This document shows, in pieces, positions 12,199 through 22,892 of a DNA stretch of 64,000 nt. Location: assembly GCF_037042905.1 (NCBI RefSeq), contig NC_087250.1, positions 12,154,001 through 12,218,000 on the forward strand. Reading direction: 5' to 3'. The stretch is from Lytechinus pictus (Eukaryota). The notes under the pieces were generated by a model that saw nothing but the letters and a program-made list of their open reading frames with translations, ran no database searches and was not told where the DNA came from. The translations under genes and the position numbers were made by a program. The stretch's first letter is position 1. The number at the start of each line of letters is the position of its first letter.

Positions 12199-12971
12199 CC
12201 CCTGTGGGAGCGGTCCTCGAACAGCCACTGGTGCTGACATTAACACTAAAATCTTACAGTGTAAAAAAATGAAATAAAAATAATGACAATATATAAGCGT
12301 AAGCATTGTAGTCTTCTTTGCACAATATTACATTAAATAACGGGAAATGAGATGTACTTTAATAATAATAATAACATAGTAATTTATAATTAGCGCAAGA
12401 CATGAAGCTGTACATACATGTATCTTAGCGCTTGCAGATTTTTTTACAAATAAAAAAATAATTTTACGAGTGAAACTAAACAATAATTATTTTTAAAAAA
12501 ATTTGGCAAAGGATTTGATCATAAAATCTTAAGTCATTTTATGAGTGACTTGGCTGATCACTGGTATATTAAACCATTTTAGAAATATTGGACAAAAATT
12601 TGGCTTACAATTTGGCTCTAATTTCAGAATTTTTCTTGGTTATATACTAATCCATCGTACTATGATGCTATCCTAAATAAAAAGAGCAAAATATAACCAG
12701 CAAGACTACTACATGTATATAGAAAAAGGAAATGAATAAAATCATCAATTTTTATTTAGCGTACAGTTAAGTCTCTTAGCGCTCTTAAATGGTAGTGAGA
12801 AAGAAGGATAAAAAGTCATATTGAAACTAAAAACATTATACAAATTTTGAGACTGAATTCAGGGAATTTGTCCCCTTCCGTAGTCTCCTTTAAATCTCTA
12901 TACAAATATCTCATCAAATATACAACGTAACTTCTGAAGGTTTTCATGGTGAAGAAAAGAGTAGTACTGTT

Positions 12972-13149
12972 GGTTTCACGGTACACCATGTATCTTTCTT
13001 GGGCAATTATTGGTCCTGAAAAGGACCACCGAAAATCAAAGTTTTGACAAGTGTGTTCTTGTCGTCTTCAGGAGAATCGGAGTTTGGGTGTTCATTTTCA
13101 GGACCAACAATTGCCAAAGAAAGAAAGATATATGGTGTACCGTGAAACC
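12972..13149. mobile_element. Fold-back element with ~50-bp arms
   Basis: GGTTTCACGGTACACCATGTATCTTTCTTGGGCAATTATTGGTCCTGAAAA is mirrored by TTTTCAGGACCAACAATTGCC...ATATGGTGTACCGTGAAACC. Confidence 0.75.
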
Positions 13150-13817
13150 TACTACACTAAAATGTATAACATTATGCTCTATGGCTTGCTGGGGGTGCTT
13201 GAATAATATTAAAGATATTTCTAACTTGCACCAGGAAATTACACTGCAGGTGTGATCTTAAGAAAATGAGATTTTTTAGACCAAACATGCCAGGCGCAAG
13301 CTAGAAATACCTGGTATATACATGTACATTAAAGGAATTTCCCCTAGGATATAAGAGTGCGCTGTTTAGGTGGTATACGAACACACTGCAGAGAGCGCCA
13401 GCTGCCCATTGACAACAACGTTATATGACACTTGCGCAGATGCCACGTTCCAACCTCTGACACAGTGCTTCCACTCTTCCAGGAAATTCCAGGAAGTTTT
13501 GCTATTTTCCAGGAAGTGAGAAATTCCAGGAAGTTACCATTTCCGGGAATGACATTATCTGAATATTATGTCAAACTACATCATAAAATCGGATCTTTGT
13601 AATTAAAATGTCAACATTTTTCGCTCGCTTGCAACTCTTTACTAAATTTTGCCCGATACGTCATATTTCGCCCCCTCAAAATTTTTGGCTCATTACGGCA
13701 CTGGGCCCTTTTTGTCTAGAAGAGAATTATAACATCTCATGGAAGAATGGAGAGCATTTGTAAAAATTCCAGTGGAAAAATGGAAGCACTGCTCTGACAA
13801 TTCTTAGTCGCGTATGC

Positions 13818-14428
13818 TTAAAGGACAAGTCCACTCCAACAAAAACTTGATTTGAATAAAAAGAGGAAAATTCAACAAGCATAACACTGAAAATTTCATC
13901 AAAATCGGATGTAAAATAAGAAAGTTATGACATTTTAAATTTTCGCTTTATTTCACAAAACAGTTATATGCACATCTCAGACGGTATGCAAATGAGGGAA
14001 CTGATGACCTCAATCACTCACTATTTCTTTTGTATTTTATTATATAAAATATGAAATATTTTGATTTTATCGTCATTGTCATGTGAAATGAAACTTCATT
14101 CTTCCCTGAACACGTGGAATTCCATTATTTTAACATATTGTGCTTCAGGCAAGGAGGTCCTAATCATCAAATTCGTAAAAATTGAAATATTGCATAATTC
14201 AAACAATAAAAAACAAAAGAAATAGTGAGTGAGTGACATCATTGACTCTCTCATTTGGATGTAACTGGCTCGTTCATATAACTATTTTGTTAAAAATAAG
14301 CGAAACTTTGAAATGTCATGACTTTCTTATTTTACATCCAATTTTGATAAAATTTTTAGCATTGTGCTTGTCTGATTTTTCTCTATTGATTCAAATCAAC
14401 ATTTTTCTGAGGTGGACTTGACCTTTAA
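13818..14428 (+). mobile_element. Complete TTAA-flanked (Kolobok-type) MITE
   Basis: TTAA|AGGACAAGTCCAC ... GTGGACTTGACCT|TTAA with long imperfect TIRs. An inverted paralogue lies at 36788-37379. Confidence 0.8.
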
Positions 14429-14599
14429 GCTGCTGTTCGAAGATCCTGGCAGGATGGCTCTGCCTCATGCCGTGTGAAATGATGTCAGCAGATGTCCGAG
14501 CCAGCGCCGATGTAGCCAAAAGCAGCGCAGCATATGCGTACCGAGCACGTGCTACATGACTGGCAGATAATTGAAAGCTGCATGCAAATGAGAGAAAAA

Positions 14600-14850
14600 A
14601 AAATGAAAATCAATATTTCTTATTGTGCGAAATAGAAATCTAAAATAGTTATACTCCAAAAATTAATTTTGCCCAAATGGTCATGAGCCCGGCAGCCACC
14701 GTGCAGCGCCAGATCGACGTAAATGTAGCTCTATCACTTACATCGTTGACCGTTAAACAGGGTAGCAGCAACTCCCATCTTTTAACGTCTTTTGGTCTGA
14801 CGCGGCTGGGGCTTGAACTCCCAGCGTACACCCTACCAACTAAGCAAACA
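14600..14850 (-). mobile_element. tRNA-derived SINE (MetaSINE-like central domain)
   Basis: Minus strand reads A-box/B-box head, then GTCAGACCAAAAGACGTTAAAAGATGGGAGTTGCTGCTACCCTG. The 3' part is shared with 57625-57863. The domain assignment is from memory. Confidence 0.65.
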
Positions 14851-15817
14851 TACTGGTTGATAAATGCATCATTGATCTTTGTAATGAAGATGGCGGCGAG
14901 TGCAGCATGCAGTAAATCCGCCCAACAGCGCACTCTCAAGTTCACATGATCTATACCTTTCACATACAGCACACTCTTAAAAAGACATAAAATGTAACCA
15001 ACCACCCCATAACCAACAATAGGTCGCCCAAAACAAATTTTGATATTTTTATTAAATTTGAATAAGCACATCCTAGTAAGCTTTAAAATGATATATGATT
15101 TGTCAAACGTGATCAACAATTAGTCACTCAAATACAGAGAAAACAAAGCGAGAGCTTCAGAAAATAAAGAGAAAATAGTGTTTTAAGTTGGTATTCACTC
15201 AAGCAATCTATGTGCACACTACAATTTCTATGAAACTTCCAAGCAGTCCTTCAAAACTTGTGTTCAAAGAAACTCTTGCATCTTGTTTTCTATTCAAATT
15301 AACAACTCGAAAGTTTTTGAGTGTAAAGATTGGCCTGTTTGCTGCAACCAATAGATGGCACACCATATCGCGAACCCACCGAATTAACGTACTTTTAATT
15401 TTGTGCATACTCCAGTATATGTGACAACTGTGAATTAACTCCACAAATGAAGATCTATTCTATAGTGCGTACAATGTAAGTTCACATACATGTACATGTA
15501 CTTAGCAAAATACACAACCATACGGGTGAAGGGACGGACTAAAATCCAATCAGTACGTGATTTCTACAACTTCTGACTATTAAACTATACGGCAGTATTC
15601 TAATGAACGGAATACACACATACATATAGACATCGAGAGATCACACACATGGTGCATTAATCGCAGCGCTCAAGGTTAAAGATTTCTAAAGGCCTGTTCA
15701 CAAATGGTGCAACAAATCTCAACGACAAAGCTTTATCAAGGTTGAACACACATCGCAGCAGCTGTATATTTTGGGTCTGGTAAAAAAGATGAAATAAAAT
15801 AGCGACCCTGTTATGAT

Positions 15818-15972
15818 AGGTTTATCGCTAAGAGCCGCAATGCGTTATGGGATCGAAAAGGAGGCAATCAAGCTAGCTCCGCGCACTACAGACAGTGCGC
15901 ATGTGCAGAGATAGCTAACAGCCCCCTTTTCGATCCCATGATGCATTGCGGTTCTGATTAGCGATAAACCTT
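15818..15972. mobile_element. Short hairpin MITE
   Basis: AGGTTTATCGCTAA.AGCCGCAATGCGTTATGGGATCGAAAAGG is mirrored by CCTTTTCGATCCCATGATGCATTGCGGTTCTGATTAGCGATAAACCT. Confidence 0.75.
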
Positions 15973-16036
15973 ATTATTTTTACATGATAAGGTCGGTTGG
16001 AAAAGGGCAACATCTTTTTTAATTCTAGGCCTTATT

Positions 16037-16292
16037 TATGCTTTTCACACTGCACTTTTTTTCCTTAAGCCAATCACGGAAGTCGAATTGCACGTTAATC
16101 ACGCTCTGTATGGTAAAATCATCAATATTCATGAGCTGAGGGATAGTCCGGGGTTAAGGCATTATCCCCGGCTGAGCAGATAGTATGGGGTTAAGAAAGA
16201 CAGTGTGAATTGAAAAAAAGATAGTATGGGGTTAAAGATAGTCCGGGGTTAAGGATAGTATGGGGTTAAGGAAATGCAGTGTGAAAAGCATA
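16037..16292 (-). mobile_element. PIF/Harbinger-type MITE with GGGGTTAA internal repeats (short copy)
   Basis: TIR TATGCTTTTCACACTGCA / TGCAGTGTGAAAAGCATA. Inverted paralogue of 43607-44086. Confidence 0.75.
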
Positions 16293-19200
16293 TAAATCAG
16301 TGATACATGTAGAAGTGATAGGAACTTGTAGGATGTGTCCTTTCGGCTTTCCGCGACCATTGGTCAATGGGTCTTTAAATTTTCTTGTATTTGTAATTTC
16401 CTGTATTCCTTTTGCCACAAATAAAATAAATAAATAAGTTGTCAGGTAAATTATTGTACAGGCAGACAATAGACATCTTAGAGTACCTCATTGATACGTT
16501 TAACAACGAAAAAATACCCAAAATGAACAAATAATCCGCAAGTGTAAAGAATCTACTGTTTTTGGCTTACTATTTGAAGTTGATCTTCATACAAAATAAG
16601 AATACACATTATCACAATCATAAATCGTACTATCACACATTGCACAATTTCATGTCATACTGTAGACCTACATGTATGTGCAGAGTGGATATCACTCACA
16701 GACATGATTCTATTGATTTGTGCCTCTGATCGGAATGTAAAGGGGTCTGGCCATGATACTGTTAAATCTCCATGGTAACATAACTTATTACACATATGTA
16801 ATGATCAAATTACTGCACAGTCATATACCGTAACGTAGGTAGATGTATTACACAGTCTCATTTTCAATGGTCATAGAAATGAAATATACATGTACAACAA
16901 AAGAAAAAAATAACTGAATACAAAATAAGTACAGATAGTATAGGCATAGTATCAAAGTTACAAATACATGTAACAACAAGGGCGATTAATACCCCAACCA
17001 AGTCAGAATCAAAGTTCAAGCAATTAAACAAAACAATGAATTACTTTTAAAAATGAGAAATCAATTAACCTGTGATTATTTTTAGAAAAATCAATCAAAA
17101 TTACAAATATCACAAAGGGTGATCAATCTAACATTAAAAAATAATTAAATGACATTTACAGAAATAAAACAAATGAAGTACATACAAAATAATTTAAGAA
17201 TATCAAAGCAAAAAATATGAATGAGGGTGATTAATTACACGCAGAGTATCACGACCGCTGCATGTGAAGAACTTTTATTTACATGACATACATCAATAAT
17301 CATTTTACAAGAGATATCAAAATGTTAGACTTTAGTTTGAACAGATGTGGTCGAGGATGCCACTGAGAAGCGAAAGTTTTTTTCTTTATATTTCACTTAA
17401 ATTGCCTCTTTTATCACATCTATCAGTAGATCATGTGTTCTTTCTAAAGGAGGGCATGTAAAACAGATTTTTAAAGAACACATCACGGATAAAGAGTTTG
17501 TACCACCATCAGAAAAAGCAAAAAGAGACATTTTGAGGGTATTTTAAAGTCCATCAAAGGGAAAGTTGTTCACATGTGACATCACACATCCTTGTCGCAT
17601 TGCCAATAGGAGGATCTCCATAGCATTAGTGTTTGCAATATTCAAATGCTCATAACGTTCTCATTGTTTGTCCGATTTTTCTCAAACTATCGTTGTTCTA
17701 TTTCTTTGATTTTTCTGTTTCGACAGAAACCTACTTATTCTAAAGGTTTCATTCCCCTTTAAGGAATAAATCACCTAGAAAAGAACGTTTTGTAAATGTA
17801 GACAAGAATTGGAAAAATGCAATTCTTACTTTGGCCAAAAAAATGTGCTATCCTTGTGCACAATGTATACCTTTTTTTAATGATTTCCAACATTACTTTC
17901 AGCAAAAGATTCAGCCTTAAATCACTCCATATGCAGGAATCTGATGATAGAAATACTATGCACCTCTTTGCATAAATCCATATAGCAAATTACAAAATAT
18001 TTTTGTGGAAAAAAAGGTCCAACAATATTCACCCCTTATCTTTGCATTTGGACACGACTATCATTCAAAGATAGACTATTGACTTTTAAGATCCTTTCCA
18101 ATTGAAGGATCCACATACATGTATGCATGACTTTTCTTCCATAGGAGAAAAGAGATCTGCAAAGGATAAATTACAACATAGCAGTTTTCATTGCAATTGC
18201 ACGCTTCTCAGAAAAATGAATTACACATTTTGGTGAATACAACAAATGGGGCAGACCATTTTAAGGTAAAAGTTTAGTTCTAGAGCCCACTATTTTCGTT
18301 TTTGGTGCGGTATGCAGGTATCACGTTATAATTCGAGTACCCCCCCTCGGGCACTAGACATAACAAAAGAAAAAGGTTGCCAGTAATAACACCTAAAGAG
18401 AGTGACTACATGTAGTCTGAGTTTTTTTTTTTTTTATAATGAAATGACATTAAATGACTAGCGACCATCTTCTTCAATTACGGTGTAACCATGTTGATAA
18501 ATGAATGACAGAAATTACATGCACAATCCTTGCACACCCTGTCCAACTTTAGAGACGCAACGTTCCTGACAATGTCTTAATCACTCACCTTTACATTTCG
18601 TCAAAGACAAATCAAAGGGGACTATTAAAAAGCAGCGCCTTTATAACAGGATCTTGATGATAAAAGTAGCAGACATTTGGTTCAGTGTCTTACAGAAAAC
18701 ACATATTTCATTATAAATAAAAAAAAACATATGCATCAACCTTAATTCTGGAAAGTTATTTCAGTAAAAAATAATAAATATAAAGTATTCCAATTATCAC
18801 ACACATAATTGTTAAACAGGGAGGGGTGAGGTGAGGATCTTCACCAATCCAATACTTTTTTTCATTACTGTGCAATGCCAGATTGTAAGCCTCTTCAGTG
18901 TAAATAAAAAAAGATATATATGCATCACAGTGGTTGAATAATACAAAACATTTAAACAAATATCATTGCAATTGTCAATTTGATTAAATTTCCTTGCATG
19001 ATGTTGTCCTAAGCCTCTTAAAAAAGTGACATCTTTAAAACAAAACACACATTTAATATAAGTGATGTAGAAAAATGTATCTGTTCATCTGGACTTTACT
19101 GTTATTGAAATGGAGAGCAGTTTCACGTCCGATCCAGGACGCTTCGTCAGCTTGTCTGAACTGAACATTTCATATATAAGATATCTCCTGCACCGTGTTT

Positions 19201-19925
19201 GTATCATTTTTAATCATTTATGTTCTTCTTCAGCAGTTCCTGTCAAAGAGCCTGCAATCCATTAAGAGGAAGAGTGAGGATGTTTTCTACATGGCTCTGA
19301 AGATGGAAATAATCAGCTAGGAGTTTAGATGGACTGCTCGTAGATGTGTTCGCTGAACAGTTTCTGATGTCGTAGACCTTTAAGCATATGACGTCATATC
19401 TCACATCGCCCTCCCTCAGAGGAGATGGAAATTTGCGAAAACGGAGTTGTCAGCGATGTTCTGGTTAAAACTAAATTGGCATTGATGCAGCAGACTCATA
19501 AACATACGATAAGGGCTAACTGTGTTTTGGAGGCTTTGAATCAGACTACAATCCTTGGACTTGTAATTTTACGGAGTCTTGTCTCAATTTTTTTTTATAA
19601 AAAAAGAGAACTTTGACAAATCGCGCAAGGCGACTCTCGAAACCTGCATCAATGATCTTGACGGCAGTGAACTCGCAATACAGCAGCGTTGGAAATTACG
19701 CTACATGTATATTCCGTGACATAAATATTCATGAGGCGTAGTCTGACTACATAAACCCTAGTTGGTACTGAATCTGCCGAATCGACGGCAATATAGTCTT
19801 GACCTTATGTTCTAGCTGCAGATCACGAACGCATGCAAAGCAATAATTATAGCTTCAGCCTCTAAGATGGCGGCGCGATGACGTCCATGAAGAGCGACCC
19901 TTTGCGGTCCCCCATCTGACGGAAG

Positions 19926-20270
19926 AGCTGTGGTCTAGTGGTTCTGACTCTCGCCTTGTAAACAGTGGGTTGTGTTCAAATCCCACCGCGGTCCAGCGTC
20001 CTTGAGCAAAGCGTTAATACACACTTTGCCATTCTAGACCCAGGTGCTAAATGGGTACCCGGTAGGATGTGAAAGTCATTGTAGCTTGTCCAGTGCTGTG
20101 TGCGCCCGAACAGCGACCGACTGGAATACTCCCTGGGGAGCGGAGGATGTGCATACATTGAGTGCGGGAATGACTGATTGAATCCGATGAACGGGGTAAT
20201 AATATATCTGTAAAGCGCTTAGACACGTCGTGCCGATGTATCAAGCGCTATATAAAAGCGGATCATAATT
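19926..20270 (+). mobile_element. tRNA-derived SINE with central ACCCAGGTGCTAAATGGGTACC domain and L2-like tail
   Basis: A-box TGGTCTAGTGG, B-box GTTCAAATCCC and tail GTAAAGCGCTT...AAGCGCTATATAAAAGCGGAT. A closely similar copy lies at 58609-59050. Confidence 0.8.
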
Positions 20271-21018
20271 ACAAACTGAGCTTCCAGAGTCATATTTCAT
20301 CTTTCTAACACAACTTCCAAACTCTGTACACTCCCATTTGGTATGACTTCAAATGTACTCTTACATAATAAAAAAATTCTATACTGGGATCTCTGTGTTT
20401 TTTTGTCCTGCAAATCAATAAATTTTTATCATGGGAGAATCATTATGTCACAAGTTTCTGTGCAACTAGTGCAGTATTCATTGCACTCAGAAACTCAATA
20501 AGCAGACATTTGCCTCACTATAATCTGAACATTGCAAAACTGTTGCTGAACTTCATCACATTATATGTGAACGAAGCTTTAAAATCCTATATTTAAGACA
20601 CATGTAAGTGAATGGTATACACGGTGAAAGCCCATATAACTAATATTAAAAAACAATGTATAACAAAAAAAATGACAAGTGATTAGCCCTATATTCACAC
20701 ACAATAATCATTGATGACGATGACACAGATGAAATTATACCCGATGGCAGAGATTATAAAGTAATCCTTGAATAAGTAAGAAATCACTGCGAGGTAATAA
20801 AATTACTGTTGCATGAATAGCAGACGGGCATTAGGAAATACACATCCATCAATCGCTGTTCCTGTTGGGAAGCCAGAAGGACTTTCACTCTCGCGCACAC
20901 TGTACATTTCGCATAGCACGCGCTAGAGATATCGCTCTTATGCCAGCCGCACAAGAACTGAAAATCGACAGCACACGCAACCTCCCGCCATTCCTTCTGC
21001 CTGTCTGCCAGGCCACAA

Positions 21019-21951
21019 TACAGTGAAGCCTGTCTATAGTGACCACCCAAGGGAAACACAAATTGTGAACTTTATAGACAGGTGGCTGCTATAGACATAT
21101 TCTTATACACACAATCTTCCTTCATGGGAATTAGTTTTAGTGGTCACTATAGGCAGGTGGCTGCTATAGACAGGTTCTTATACACACAACCTTCCTTCAT
21201 GGGAATTAGTTTTAGTGGTCACTATAGACAGGTGGCTGCTATAGACAGGTTCTTATACATACAATCTGCCTCCATGGGAATTAGTTTTAGTGGTCACTAT
21301 AGGCAGGTGGCTGCTATAGACAGGTTCTTATACACACAATCTTCCTTCATGGGAATTAGTTTTAGTGGTCACTATAGGCAGGTGGCTGCTATAGACAGGT
21401 TCTTATACACACAACCTTCCTTCATGGGAATTAGTTTTAGTGGTCACTATAGGCAGGTGGCTGCTATAGACAGGTTCTTATACACACAACCTTCCTTCAT
21501 GGGAATTAGTTTTAGTGGTCACTATAGGCAGATGGCTGCTATAGACAGGTTCTTATACATACAATCTGCCTCCATGGGAATTAGTTTTAGTGGTCACTAT
21601 AGGCAGGTGGCTGCTATAGACAGGTTCTTATACATACAATCTGCCTCCATGGGAATTAGTTTTAGTGGTCACTATAGGCAGGAGGCTGCTATAGACAGGT
21701 TCTTATACATACAATCTGCCTCCATGGGAATTAGTTTTAGTGGTCACTATAGGCAGGTGGCTGCTATAGACAGGTTCTTATACATACAATCTGCCTCCAT
21801 GGGAATTAGTTTTAGTAGTCACTATAGGCAGGTGGCTGCTATAGACAGGTTCTCATACACATGATCTGCCTCAATGAGAAACAGTTTTAGTAGTTACTAT
21901 TGGCAGGTAGCCACTATATAGACAGGTGGCCACGAACAAGGTTTGACAGTA
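21019..21951 (+). repeat. TA-flanked CAGT-terminal MITE containing ~11 tandem 75-bp units
   Basis: TA|CAGTGAAGCCTGTCTATAGTGACCACC at the left end and GGTTTGACAG|TA at the right. Unit CAGGTGGCTGCTATAGACAGGTTCTTATAC...TAGTGGTCACTATAGG recurs every 75 bp from 21079 to ~21904. Confidence 0.9.
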
Positions 21952-22568
21952 TTTCTCTTTAGAAATGACTCCACCACTCTTAGGGCTATAAACTTATCGT
22001 CAATGAAAATTCAAAGAAAAAAATAAAAACAAGACATTACTTCTACTTGTAATGGTAGAATATGATACACATACATGTATGAGCACATCATGTTGTGAAT
22101 AATAGAAAGCACAAATAAAAATATGTACAAGCACACAAATAATAGATTAGACAAATTTACAAGATCTAGATGTACAGTATTACAAACAAATTACAGAAGA
22201 GAAGACGTTATACAGCATAACTTCAGGTATTCTATATCCAAAAGCGCTTCCTCTATACAATGTATATTTCATTCAATGATAAGAGGGGTGTAGAAAAATA
22301 CTTGAAATAACTTCTCTTGATTGTACATGTATGTAAATCTTTGATTGGAAGAGAGATATGTTACACATTATGTATGAGAAACAAAAATATATCTGCCCTA
22401 AAATGTAGTCAACGCCATATTTTGAAGACTAGGATTCCGATAGCGAACAAGGCCAGAACCAACTAATCTGGTCGGGGCTACATGCATGCTTTGAAGTTAG
22501 GCCTCGATCTCACCTACGTACGTAGCTTGGACCAACATATGTGTTCCAATCGAGACCAGTCTTTGAAG

Positions 22569-22718
22569 TTAGACCTGGATCTGGCCTGCAAACAAGGCCA
22601 GGATCAACATTAGACCAAACCCAGAAAGGAGTCCAGCGTTCTGAATGAAAAAGATCCTGAAGCTTCTCTGGTCCTCATCTGTCGGGTCTCCGCCTCCAAC
22701 ATTATTAATCTCGGGCAG
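22569..22718 (-). CDS. SLC39A14: ZIP8/14-like last coding exon (LPEINN...[24 protein letters not shown])
   Basis: Acceptor CTTTAG| at 22719-22720, phase 0, TAA at 22571-22569. Encodes TM8. Confidence 0.9.
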   Translation of the reverse strand: MPEINNVGGGDPTDEDQRSFRIFFIQNAGLLSGFGLMLILALFAGQIQV

Positions 22719-22854
22719 CTAAAGTGGAATAAGAAAAAATAAGAAAATGTATGTAATTATCATCATCATCACTAAATATCATCATCATTATCATCATCAC
22801 CATCATCATCATCATTATCATCATCACCATCATCATCATCATCATCACCATCAC

Positions 22855-22892
<38 letters not shown>

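Noticed and set aside
21082..21864. 260-aa repetitive ORF and CRISPR-like periodicity
   Set aside because: The 75-bp unit is a multiple of 3, so the open frame is a by-product. Units are near-identical along their whole length (no unique spacers), there are no cas genes and the context is eukaryotic.
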